64,000 nucleotides of DNA from a virus: positions 32,001-96,000 of the IMG/VR virus record IMGVR_UViG_3300036857_000619. One strand, written 5' to 3'. Under the pieces are notes generated by a model. The model ran no database searches and had not been told where the DNA came from. It saw only the letters and a program-made list of their open reading frames with translations. Below, piece by piece: positions 46,897 through 55,715 of the stretch. How positions within the stretch are numbered: the first letter of the stretch is position 1; each line of letters starts with the position of its first letter. A program made the translations under genes and the position numbers.

Positions 46897-47442
46897 TCAT
46901 GGCCCCGTCGTGGCGTAGCTGATGACCACCCGCTCGCTGCCGCTGAAGCCCCCCGCAAAGGTGACGGTCTTGTCCGTGACCGAGTAATGACCCGCCGCGC
47001 GTGACTGGATCACTCCGTTGCGCGAGACCATGAACACCGGGTTGGGCGTCATGCTCAGCGTCACCTGGTTGGCCCCACCAGTGGGCAGGAACTCCTCGAG
47101 CTGGATGCTGAGCGTGGCGACCTGCAGCAACGCGCTCAGCCCATCGTGGGTCAGAACCGCCGCGATGCTGGTGCCCGAGGCCCAGGCGCGCGCGGTGCGA
47201 ACGCCGCGAAACGGCTCGGCCGCCCGCTCGACGCCGAGCGTGGCGGTGCCCTGCCCGGCCGTGACGCGCAGGACTTCCCAGGGCCCGTTCGTCGCGTCGC
47301 TGAACAGCACGGCGCGGTACACGCCGCTGCCAGGCCACGCTGACGCGTCGGCGGCCTGGATCGGAATCACGGTCGTGCTGGCGTCGATCGCGGCGCTGAG
47401 CGTGCTCTGCAGCCCGTTGCCGGCCAGCACTTCCATCGTCAT
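46897..47442 (-). CDS. Putative virion protein
   Basis: TLSAAI.ASTT.I...EV..VTA.....L.V.R domain plus V..NGV.Q...Y.V....VTF C-terminal domain. Confidence 0.65.
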   Translation of the reverse strand: MTMEVLAGNGLQSTLSAAIDASTTVIPIQAADASAWPGSGVYRAVLFSDATNGPWEVLRVTAGQGTATLGVERAAEPFRGVRTARAWASGTSIAAVLTHDGLSALLQVATLSIQLEEFLPTGGANQVTLSMTPNPVFMVSRNGVIQSRAAGHYSVTDKTVTFAGGFSGSERVVISYATTGP

Positions 47443-47454
47443 GACGCGACCTGA

Positions 47455-47925
47455 CTACCCCCAGCTGGGGCCCACGGGCGGGCGGCTGTACCCCGGCCGG
47501 ACATCGCCGCGGCCACCGGCGGCGAGCACCATTGCCGGCGGCAGCACGCTTTCGGGCAGCGTGTCCGGGATCGTGCTGATCGCGCCGAGCTCCTCGAGCG
47601 CCTGGGATCGCAGGAAGCTGTAGAGCGCGTTCAGATCCTTGGGCACGAGCGTGACCGCGTACTGCGCGAAGCGCTCGCTGGCGATCTGCGTCAGGCGCAG
47701 CGCCAGGCGGGCGGCTGTCAGATAGATGGTCGCCAGACGCACGTGGGCGCGATCGGCTGGATCGGTGTGGACCAGCGCGTCGGGGTCGATCGCGAGCACC
47801 TCCGCCTCCGCGGCGCCCTGGTAGACGTCGCGGTGGATGATGTCGTCTGGCAGCTCGTCTGGACCGAGATCCGGGCTCAGTGCCGCCCGAACCTCGGGAT
47901 AGTCGGCGGGCGTCAGAATAGACAC
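47455..47925 (-). CDS. Head-tail adaptor/connector
   Basis: VRAAL...LPDDII...AEAEV...A.IY..AA helical pattern; position after capsid. Confidence 0.7.
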   Translation of the reverse strand: MSILTPADYPEVRAALSPDLGPDELPDDIIHRDVYQGAAEAEVLAIDPDALVHTDPADRAHVRLATIYLTAARLALRLTQIASERFAQYAVTLVPKDLNALYSFLRSQALEELGAISTIPDTLPESVLPPAMVLAAGGRGDVRPGYSRPPVGPSWG

Positions 47926-47974
47926 GCCTGGAATCCTGGGTAATCCCCTGGCGTCAGAAGATCAGTCGGCACGG

Positions 47975-48514
47975 TCAGGCCGGCCGCTCTACCTCGGACG
48001 CAGACGGGACGTACGCCCCTGTCGGAGTAAGTTCGGTCGGGCGACCTGACAACCGCCGTTCGACTGCCGCGATCTCCCCAGCATCGAAGAGATCGGGGTC
48101 CAACGTTCGGCCCAATGGAATTGGCCGGCCTGGCTGAGCAGCGGCGGAATCGCCAGTTTCGATCCCCGTATTCACGGGGTAGCGCGGATTGGGGATCTCG
48201 ACCTCTTGCCCATCGCGCATGACCTTGACCGTGCGCCTGGGCTCGGGAACTTCGACGATCAACCCCTGCATCAGCAACTGGTTGACTTGCCCGGTTCGGT
48301 AGACGAAGTCGGGTGTTGGACCAGCAATAAACGCCTCGCCACCGGGATGCATCGGATCGCGCTCAAAGAGCACGACGCGATCGTCGGTTCGTCCTGACAC
48401 CGCCCAGAACACGTTCGCCTGCCAGCGGTCGAGCTGGGATTCTGCGACGCCGCGCGAGCGGGCGCGTTCCCGCTCACGATCGTCTACTTTGCCTTTGCTG
48501 TTCGATTCAGCCAT
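47975..48514 (-). CDS. Capsid-associated hypothetical protein, paralog of 48524-48982
   Basis: RVVLFERDPMHPGGEAFI. Confidence 0.65.
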   Translation of the reverse strand: MAESNSKGKVDDRERERARSRGVAESQLDRWQANVFWAVSGRTDDRVVLFERDPMHPGGEAFIAGPTPDFVYRTGQVNQLLMQGLIVEVPEPRRTVKVMRDGQEVEIPNPRYPVNTGIETGDSAAAQPGRPIPLGRTLDPDLFDAGEIAAVERRLSGRPTELTPTGAYVPSASEVERPA

Positions 48515-48523
48515 CGAGCACGC

Positions 48524-48982
48524 CTATTTGCTGCCTGCTTCGCGCAGGATGCCTGCCCGAAGACGCGCCTCGACCGCAGCTGTGCGAGCCACTTCGACCT
48601 GGTGGCCTGGGCCGACAAACGCTTCACCGTTGGGATGCGCTGGATCGCGTTCGTACAGTGCGACCCGATTCGCGTCAGTGCCCGTCAGTGCCGACTCGAC
48701 CGTGATCGTCTTGGCTGCGGCTGCCGCTTCTTCTTTGCCCTCGGTCCTGGAGTTCGCCTTTTCGTGATCGTCAGCGGTGCTCTTATCCTCCTCGGCCGGC
48801 GGACCACCAGCTGCCTGCGGCAACGGCGGGTGCATGACGGTCGACCCTTCTGCGGGAACAGGCTGCGGTTCTGTCGTTACGGTCGCCATCGTCGCGCCAG
48901 GAGCCGGCGTCGGCGCCGGCGCGGATGCAGTCTTCGCGGTTGTCGTGGATGACGACGACCCGGAGCTCGTGGATTCAGCCAT
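48524..48982 (-). CDS. Capsid-associated hypothetical protein, paralog of 47975-48514
   Basis: RVALYERDPAHPNGEAFV; disordered N-terminus. Confidence 0.65.
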   Translation of the reverse strand: MAESTSSGSSSSTTTAKTASAPAPTPAPGATMATVTTEPQPVPAEGSTVMHPPLPQAAGGPPAEEDKSTADDHEKANSRTEGKEEAAAAAKTITVESALTGTDANRVALYERDPAHPNGEAFVGPGHQVEVARTAAVEARLRAGILREAGSK

Positions 48983-49016
48983 GCTTATCAGTCCTCCCTC
49001 GTGGTGGACGTATGCG

Positions 49017-50324
49017 TCAGGCAGCGATGTTCAGGATGCGAGCCGCGTTCGGATCGATGATCCCGTAGCCCTCGACCTCGGTCATGGTCAGCAGCTGCGT
49101 CTGGTTGTTAATGAACCGGTCCACCTCGGACACGTTGCCACCCACTTCGGTCACGCGTTCGAGCGAGCCGCTGGATTGGAGCGCGACCAGCTTGGATGCC
49201 GGCGCATCTGCCGTGACGCCGTATTCCATCGCGATGTTCAGCTGATTGGCGAGCGGCGTGATCGTGCCGAGCGCGTTCGCCGGAAGCATCGCGTAGGGAG
49301 TCTGGACGCCAACCGACACCGGCAGGAGCAACAGCTGCATCACCGCGGCTTCTTGGCCGAGGACGATGTCCGGCTGGTACGTCAAGGCAAACCGGAGCTT
49401 GAATGTCAGCCACGACTGAAGCGTCAGCGTGCCTGCGGTCGAACCAGGGTGCAGTGCGGTCTGATTCAGGACCAGGGCTGACGTGTTCGCGTTGCCGTCG
49501 CCGTTGATGATCGTGTTCAGCGCGATCGTGACCTTGTCGGCCTCGGCCTGAACAGCCATACGCGCGATGATGAACGCGATCCGGTCGATACGCTGACGCC
49601 GAAGCTGCTCGTACGTCGCCTGGAGCGCACGCCCAAACTTGTAGATCCGCAGCGTGTGCTCACCAGTGACGAGCGAGGTGCGGGGGATCTCGGTGCCTTC
49701 AGCGATGCGCTTCATGCGATACGCGTCAGTCCCGAAGTCATCCGTGATGTACAGCGTGCGGTAGGCGTCGCTGTCGATCGCCGTGGTGCGAGCCACCAGG
49801 CGCTCGAGCGGGATTGGCGGCACCAGGCGCTTCGCCCGAATCTCCGGGTTGTCGTACCAGGGATTGACCAACGAACCGAGCGCCGCGTCGCCAGACATCA
49901 GCACGGCGCGCGTTTGCGATCCAGGAAGATCCTCGATCTGGGTCATCGCCAGACGAGCTTGCTCGACTGGATCCAGACGCTGTGCGCGACGCCACACCCG
50001 CGCCATGAACTCTGGCATCAGGGCGCGACGCTCTGGCGCGGCGAGGCACTCCTGCCAGGTTGACGCGTGGAGCCCGAGCTCCGGCACGGGCGCGAGCACA
50101 ATGCCGCTCGCACGGACCAAACGCTCGAATGCGTCGAGCGCCCGATCCTCGGCAGATTCACGTTCAGCCGTAGGATCGACGTTTTCGAGATACTGGGAGA
50201 GATTCATGCCGCGCTCAGCGGCTTCGCGATAGAGACGCGATCCGTTGTTCCCGAGAACACGGATCGTGTCTTCAGGCGATTGTCGCCGGATCTGAACGGT
50301 CGCCGGCGAAAGGGTTGTTTCCAC
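49017..50324 (-). CDS. Major capsid protein (HK97 fold)
   Basis: AAAGGAG SD; RIAEGTEIP...E......KFG.AL..TYE.LRR..ID...NTIINGDG. Confidence 0.9.
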   Translation of the reverse strand: METTLSPATVQIRRQSPEDTIRVLGNNGSRLYREAAERGMNLSQYLENVDPTAERESAEDRALDAFERLVRASGIVLAPVPELGLHASTWQECLAAPERRALMPEFMARVWRRAQRLDPVEQARLAMTQIEDLPGSQTRAVLMSGDAALGSLVNPWYDNPEIRAKRLVPPIPLERLVARTTAIDSDAYRTLYITDDFGTDAYRMKRIAEGTEIPRTSLVTGEHTLRIYKFGRALQATYEQLRRQRIDRIAFIIARMAVQAEADKVTIALNTIINGDGNANTSALVLNQTALHPGSTAGTLTLQSWLTFKLRFALTYQPDIVLGQEAAVMQLLLLPVSVGVQTPYAMLPANALGTITPLANQLNIAMEYGVTADAPASKLVALQSSGSLERVTEVGGNVSEVDRFINNQTQLLTMTEVEGYGIIDPNAARILNIAA

Positions 50325-50344
50325 GTGTGGTTCTCCTTTCCGGC

Positions 50345-50785
50345 CTAGCCGCCCAGGTCTACGACGACCTTCGTCATGTCCACGTTGTCCCAGGCAATCG
50401 GCGCCATCTTCGCGAGCTCAGCCGCCGTAGCGCTGTTCACGTCGCGGATGTAGCCCTTGGCCGCGGCCGCACCGAGCGCCCCAACCTGCCTGAGACCTGG
50501 GGTCACGGTCGCCGCGTTGCCAGCCGGCAGCGTGCAATTGCCCTTGTTTTGAATCGTGCACGCGCCGTCAGCTTCGACCTTCAGGAGCTTGCCGACGATG
50601 GCGTCCCCGTCGGCGCACAGCCCCACGACGTCGGTGCCAGCCGCGAACGTCACGGCCAGACCTACCGACACCGAACCGCCTGGTGCCGTCGCGCTGAAAA
50701 CAATCGTTGTGCCGTCAGCCCAGAACGTCTGCGCGTTGTAACGCTGATCGTCAAAGCCGATGGCAAGTCGGCCAGTAGCAGGCAT
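50345..50785 (-). CDS. Capsid cement/decoration protein (DUF2190-like)
   Basis: VGLAV...V.L..DGD..VG.L..VE.DG..T.Q..G; position between scaffold and capsid. Confidence 0.7.
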   Translation of the reverse strand: MPATGRLAIGFDDQRYNAQTFWADGTTIVFSATAPGGSVSVGLAVTFAAGTDVVGLCADGDAIVGKLLKVEADGACTIQNKGNCTLPAGNAATVTPGLRQVGALGAAAAKGYIRDVNSATAAELAKMAPIAWDNVDMTKVVVDLGG

Positions 50786-50811
50786 GGGCTACCTCTCCTC
50801 TCTCTCGGCTT

Positions 50812-52905
50812 TCATGAGCGATATGCGTAGGAGGGCACTTTGCGCGGGTTGGCCGACGCGATGTCCTCCGAACGCGGAGTGGCTGACGGATCGTCGTCAC
50901 GGGTGACCCGTCCGCCGCGCAGCCGCTGGGCAGCCTGCTCCTGGAAGTGCTTGCGCAGCGCGAGCAGATCGTCGGCGGTGCCGCGCTCGATGATCGGCAC
51001 GTACGCCGCCCTGGAGCTGCTCCAGGTCTCGGCGCCGAAGGCGCGCACACCCTCGGCTTCGATGTCGCGGCACAGCTCCTCGCGATAACGGCGGCCCCAG
51101 CCGCCCCAGGTGCGCTCGACTTCCAGCTCGCGGCCGAGCTCGCGGAGTCGGGTCAGCGGGTCGCCGTCGAATCCGTCCGGCGCCAGCTGCGACTCGATGA
51201 GCGCGCCGCGCACCTCGGCATGCCAGATGGGCACCACCGCCGCCGCCGCCGGTGCGGCGGGCTCAGGCGCCGCGCGGCTAGCAGGCGGGGGTGCTTCCGA
51301 CGCCGGGGGGGCTGCCGCAGAGCTGCTCAAAGCGGCGGCCCCACTCGACGCGGGTCCCTCGTGAACGGCCGACTCGGGATCGGCGGGAGCGGTACTGGTC
51401 ATGGACGCGCGCACCTCCTGCGGCTCAGGGTTGGGATCGGGCTCGGGCTGCGGCTCGGGCATAGGCTCCGGATCGGGCGGCTGCGGGCCGGGGTCGTCTT
51501 CGGTGTCGTCGGGCACAACTCGCCGGAACTTGGGCTTGCCGTCGGGCGTCCAGTGCGAGTGGTCCGTGTCACCCTCAGGCGTGCGGTCGTCGTCCCCGTC
51601 GCCGTCCGGATCGGGATCGTCGTCGGTCGGCTTCTTGACAGCCCGCTCGACGTCCCAGTCGTCGTCTGGACCGACGTCCAGGACGTAGCGGCGCGCGGTG
51701 ACGTCAGGAAAGTGCACGCCGCGGGTGTGCTCCTCGAGCAGCAGCGCCGTCTGGCGATCGAGCAGGTCGGCCTCGGCGAGCAGCGCGGCGGTCCGCAAGC
51801 TTGGTGTATGCAGCGCCCAGGCTGGCGGACCACCCCGCTCGTCGACGACCAGCGCGCGGGACGGACTGATGATGCCCGCGCCGGGTGTAGCCCCGCGAAA
51901 GACCGGGCTCAGCTCGAGGCAGTGTGCGCCGTAGATCTTGCCCAGCGCGCGTTGCTTTTTGCCCTCGTGGACGTACGTGACGCCCGGAATGTGGCGGCAG
52001 GGCGCATTCGGGTCCTCGGGATCGGCCGTCAGCAGCTCGAGCAGATTGCGCGGCATGTTGCGGCCGTCGAGCGAGCACACGATGCGCTCGGGCTCGAAGC
52101 CAATCGACACGTCGCGTGCGACGCCCGAGCGCACGGCCTTGATGAAGTGCGTGGTGTCGACCCCGTTGACGTTCATGTCGTAGGGCACGTAGACGTCCAT
52201 CTCCGTGCGCGCCAGGTTCTGGCCGCGGCCCTGGTGGAATTTGCCCTCGAACGTGCGGCCGAACGGCAGCTCCTCGTGCTGGTGGCTGTTGCAGAAGGGC
52301 AGCCCGTCCTCGGCGTCCTGGGCGTAGTTGCGCAGGCTGTCGGTCTGCATGACCGTGCCGTAGTGGTCCTCGGCGGCATTCGAGGCAACGCTGCGGAACC
52401 AGTACAGCGGTGTGTCCTGGACCACGCTCGGGTCGTGCAGCTGGCGCACAAGCGACTCGGGCAACTGCTCGGCCGAGTCGGCCAACAGCATCGCGCCCAC
52501 GTTGCGCTCGAGCGGCACGATCGAGGCGTAGGGCGCCATCCAGCGCTCCTCGTCGCCCGAGTGCATCTTCTTCATGTAGCCGTCGATCACCGAGCGGGCG
52601 GCGTTCCTGGTCTCGGTGCTCAACCCATCGGTCTGGGGCAGCCGGCTGGCGGCCGCGCGCAGGCCCGACGCGAGGGCCGTCAGCCGACCATTCAGCACCA
52701 TCGCGAACGGGAGCTTGTACGAGCCGCGCTGATCTGGCGCGTCCGCGTCGTAGGCCAGAAAGCCGCGGCGGGCCCCCGAGGTGGGGTTGCCGTCCGAGTC
52801 GCTGTTGGCCTCGAAGATGGACTTCGCCGCCGCGCCACCATCCCAGGCCTTGCTGGTATTCAGCGGCAGGTCACGGGCAGCGCCGCATTTGAAGCCGCTA
52901 GCCAT
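50812..52905 (-). CDS. Prohead protease-scaffold fusion
   Basis: N-terminal WDG.AA...SYKLPF domain; protease core (NSH...P.GR...DVSIGF...LELSPV..GA.P.A); disordered and helical scaffold C-terminus. Confidence 0.85.
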   Translation of the reverse strand: MASGFKCGAARDLPLNTSKAWDGGAAAKSIFEANSDSDGNPTSGARRGFLAYDADAPDQRGSYKLPFAMVLNGRLTALASGLRAAASRLPQTDGLSTETRNAARSVIDGYMKKMHSGDEERWMAPYASIVPLERNVGAMLLADSAEQLPESLVRQLHDPSVVQDTPLYWFRSVASNAAEDHYGTVMQTDSLRNYAQDAEDGLPFCNSHQHEELPFGRTFEGKFHQGRGQNLARTEMDVYVPYDMNVNGVDTTHFIKAVRSGVARDVSIGFEPERIVCSLDGRNMPRNLLELLTADPEDPNAPCRHIPGVTYVHEGKKQRALGKIYGAHCLELSPVFRGATPGAGIISPSRALVVDERGGPPAWALHTPSLRTAALLAEADLLDRQTALLLEEHTRGVHFPDVTARRYVLDVGPDDDWDVERAVKKPTDDDPDPDGDGDDDRTPEGDTDHSHWTPDGKPKFRRVVPDDTEDDPGPQPPDPEPMPEPQPEPDPNPEPQEVRASMTSTAPADPESAVHEGPASSGAAALSSSAAAPPASEAPPPASRAAPEPAAPAAAAVVPIWHAEVRGALIESQLAPDGFDGDPLTRLRELGRELEVERTWGGWGRRYREELCRDIEAEGVRAFGAETWSSSRAAYVPIIERGTADDLLALRKHFQEQAAQRLRGGRVTRDDDPSATPRSEDIASANPRKVPSYAYRS

Positions 52906-53123
52906 CCCGTTTGTCCTGGACTGTGCGCGTCACGAACCCTCTCCCTCCTCGGGAAGCGTGTCCGCGCGTCGCGCGCGCCAGGACGAGCTATGAACGGGCT
53001 GGCCGCCCGACGCAGGCCCCCACGTCAGTCAGGACGTGACATGACGCTGCGCCTGCGTTTGGGCGCGAGCCTAGCAGCGTCGGCGCACGCGAGAGAAATC
53101 CCAGGCCGGCAGTCGGCCAGGAT

Positions 53124-53366
53124 TCAAGACTTGTCGCTCGATTCGGCCTCTTCGGGCGCCTGCTCCTCCTCCTCGGACTCGTCCTCCTCAGCGGGTTGTT
53201 GTTCTTCGTCGGGCTGCGGGCCCTTCGCCGCGGCCTCGGCTGCCTCGATCGCGGCCTCGCCGCCGGCCGCCACCTCGCCCGCGGTGTGCGGGCTGCCGGG
53301 CACCTGCTCCTGCGTGTCTGGCTGCTCCTGATACCCCGATTCCGCTGGACGTTCCTGCTCCGTCAT
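53124..53366 (-). CDS. Small acidic protein C
   Basis: GGAG SD; ATGA overlap; Glu-rich. Confidence 0.65.
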   Translation of the reverse strand: MTEQERPAESGYQEQPDTQEQVPGSPHTAGEVAAGGEAAIEAAEAAAKGPQPDEEQQPAEEDESEEEEQAPEEAESSDKS

Positions 53367-53575
53367 ACCTGCTTCTCCTCGTTCGATTCCTCGGGTTCTG
53401 CGGACTGCGCCTCGGTCTGGCCCGGATCCGTCAACGCGGCTTCGGCGGCCTCGATCGCGTCGTCGCCGCCGTCGGCCACCTCGGCCGCGGTGTGCGGGCT
53501 GCCGGGTACTTCGTAATTGATCTCCGACGGCAACTGCTGATACGGCGATTCCGTCGGATCTGGCGGCTGTGTCAT
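53363..53575 (-). CDS. Small acidic protein B
   Basis: ATGA overlaps; shares motifs with A and C. Confidence 0.65.
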   Translation of the reverse strand: MTQPPDPTESPYQQLPSEINYEVPGSPHTAAEVADGGDDAIEAAEAALTDPGQTEAQSAEPEESNEEKQV

Positions 53576-53760
53576 GCCTGGGTGTCTTCCGCGTGCTCGG
53601 CCTGCTCCGGCTCGGGTGCTGGTTGCTCTGGGACTGCGCCGTAGTTGATCTGCGACGGCAACTGCTGATGGACCGTGATCCACGGCGTCTTGGACGGCTC
53701 GGCGGGCGTGGCGGGCGTCGCCTCCTCCGTCGTCGGCTCAGGGTCTTTTTTCTTTGCCAC
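53572..53760 (-). CDS. Small acidic protein A
   Basis: AAGGGAG SD before GTG; QQLPSQINY shared with B. Confidence 0.6.
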   Translation of the reverse strand: MAKKKDPEPTTEEATPATPAEPSKTPWITVHQQLPSQINYGAVPEQPAPEPEQAEHAEDTQA

Positions 53761-53773
53761 GATGTGACTCCCT

Positions 53774-54016
53774 TCAGAACGTGGTGGCACGCGGGCGACG
53801 GCGCTGGATCTCGGCGATCCAGCGGTCGCGGTCGGGCCGCGGCAGCGGTTCCTCACCGACCTTGACGAGGTTCATCCGTCCGCACCGCGTCTCGGGACAC
53901 TTGAGATGCACCGTGCCGTGCGTCCCGAGAGCGACCGTGGTCTCGAACAACCAGCGCCCGCAGCCACGACAGAAATAGCTCCGTTCGATCTGGCCGTTGC
54001 CATTGGCTTCGCTCAT
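53774..54016 (-). CDS. Mu Com-like zinc-ribbon protein
   Basis: CRGCGRWLF......LKCP..RCG..N matches the Com-family pattern; ATGA overlap. Confidence 0.7.
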   Translation of the reverse strand: MSEANGNGQIERSYFCRGCGRWLFETTVALGTHGTVHLKCPETRCGRMNLVKVGEEPLPRPDRDRWIAEIQRRRPRATTF

Positions 54017-54204
54017 CGCCGCTCGGACTGGCGCGGATCCTCGACGCTCCGCCGCCAGACATGCGTGACCAGCCCCTCGCGACGGTGCTCGTCCGGACCC
54101 GCGCCGCACTCCTGGCAGCGATCCAGCGGCGGTTCTTTCCAGCGCTGCTGCCACACGTTGCCGCAGCGGCGGCACTGGACGAGCATGTCCGCGGGCCGAG
54201 ACAT
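54013..54204 (-). CDS. Zinc-ribbon microprotein
   Basis: CRRCG..W...CQECG. Confidence 0.6.
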   Translation of the reverse strand: MSRPADMLVQCRRCGNVWQQRWKEPPLDRCQECGAGPDEHRREGLVTHVWRRSVEDPRQSERR

Positions 54205-54206
54205 CG

Positions 54207-54413
54207 TTAGCGGCTGCGTCCCGGACGATTGCGTCCGCCGGGGGGACGGGCCATCGAGGGAATGCTGCCAGCGTAGCCACTCGCGCGGGCGTAGCCGGCT
54301 TTGATGAGCGCCTTCTGGGTGGTGCGCCGGCCAGCGCTCGGGACTGGATTGTTGCCTGGCGCCCACGGGTTGGCCATCACGCCTGGCCCACCCATATCTC
54401 CGGACATCATCAT
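54207..54413 (-). CDS. Small basic Gly/Pro-rich protein
   Basis: GGAGGAG SD. Confidence 0.45.
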   Translation of the reverse strand: MMMSGDMGGPGVMANPWAPGNNPVPSAGRRTTQKALIKAGYARASGYAGSIPSMARPPGGRNRPGRSR

Positions 54414-54416
54414 TGC

Positions 54417-55070
54417 TCACTCCTCCTGCGAAGATGCTGCTCTCGGTCGGCTCAGTTGCAGCGGCGACCAGCTCGCCGCGAGCTGACGGCAGTCGGCGCA
54501 TTCGCGTTCGTCGCCCAGGTCCAGCCAGTACACCTGCCAGCCGTCGTCGGTTTCGTCGACCTGCAGCTCGCAGCGGCAGTTAACGAGACAGCTCGTCGAG
54601 CCGTCGCCTGGCACGCGCTCGAGCCGCGGCATGTCGCCAAAGCCGGCCAGCTGACCGCGCTGATAGCTCTGCGTCGCCGCCTGGACATACAGCGTGCTGC
54701 GACTGAGCGCCCGTTCGCGCGTGACGGTCTGGCCGTCGATGGCGCGGGCGTACTCGTTCAGATAGCGGTACTGCCGACCGACCAGCCCGCCGACACGACC
54801 CCAGTCCGCCTGGGTCATGACGTTGCGGCCGCCGCGGCCGAGCAGGTACGCGGTGCCGAAGGCGTCCTTGACCACCCGCCGCATCTCGATCTCCCACTCC
54901 TCGAGGGTGATCTGGCGATTGGCGAGCTGACCAGTCACGACCAGCGTCCTGTCGGTGACCTGACGCAGGAACCGTTCGCGCAGCGGGCGCAGCTCGCGCT
55001 CGCCGAGCTCGCGGCCGGTGTCCTCCTCGCGGTAGCGTCGCCGCTCGATGTTGTAGGTCCAACCGGGCAT
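54417..55070 (-). CDS. MuF-like minor head morphogenesis protein
   Basis: GG...MT..DWG..G.....QY.YL..YA; PGDGST.C..NCRC; C..C. Confidence 0.7.
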   Translation of the reverse strand: MPGWTYNIERRRYREEDTGRELGERELRPLRERFLRQVTDRTLVVTGQLANRQITLEEWEIEMRRVVKDAFGTAYLLGRGGRNVMTQADWGRVGGLVGRQYRYLNEYARAIDGQTVTRERALSRSTLYVQAATQSYQRGQLAGFGDMPRLERVPGDGSTSCLVNCRCELQVDETDDGWQVYWLDLGDERECADCRQLAASWSPLQLSRPRAASSQEE

Positions 55071-55258
55071 CAGTACAGGTCCGTCCACGAGCAGCGGTCG
55101 CAATAGACCTCGCCATATCCGCGAAACCGGACGTGATGTCCGATGAATGGCCACAGCAGGTGCTCCAGCCAGGGCCACCTCGAGCCCACATAGCACCGCC
55201 AGCTAATGCGCTCGGCCACTACTCGCCGTCCGACGCGACGGCCCAGCTGACTTTGCAA
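55070..55258 (-). CDS. Small CxxC protein (start uncertain, GTG 55219 possible)
   Basis: TGATG overlap; YCDRC. Confidence 0.45.
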   Translation of the reverse strand: MQSQLGRRVGRRVVAERISWRCYVGSRWPWLEHLLWPFIGHHVRFRGYGEVYCDRCSWTDLY

Positions 55259-55263
55259 TGGTG

Positions 55264-55509
55264 CTACTCACGAAGATCCACGACGACGATCCCGCGCTCG
55301 TCGAATTCAAAGTCGTAGTCGCCACAGGACCGGCATGTGTACGTTCCGAACGGATGCCCCCAGCAATCGGTTTCGTAAGTGTCAGATCCGCCGCACACAG
55401 GGCACCGTGGAGGATGCGGATCGAACAGAGCAGCCAGCGGGTAAGGGTGCGTACGCAGGCATCCCGCCAGTTCGCAGAGCTCGATCTCCTGGACTGACGG
55501 TTCACTCAC
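55264..55509 (-). CDS. Zinc-ribbon microprotein
   Basis: GTGA overlap; CPVCG...CRSCG. Confidence 0.6.
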   Translation of the reverse strand: MSEPSVQEIELCELAGCLRTHPYPLAALFDPHPPRCPVCGGSDTYETDCWGHPFGTYTCRSCGDYDFEFDERGIVVVDLRE

Positions 55510-55715
55510 TCGCCCTCCGATTCGACCGACCAGCTGACCTTGCAGCGCCAGCAGTCGATCCACACAATGGGCGGGCTCATGCTGGGAAACCGGCGCACGT
55601 CGCAGGCGCTGCGGCAGCGCGGGCAGCGCGGCGGCATACCGGGCGGGGTGGGCTCGGCTTCGTTGGCCATCCGAAAGATCTCGTCGCGTGCCAAGGCTGA
55701 CCAGCTCACCTTCAC
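55506..55715 (-). CDS. Zinc-ribbon microprotein
   Basis: GTGA overlap with portal stop; CPRC...CWRC. Confidence 0.6.
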   Translation of the reverse strand: MKVSWSALARDEIFRMANEAEPTPPGMPPRCPRCRSACDVRRFPSMSPPIVWIDCWRCKVSWSVESEGE

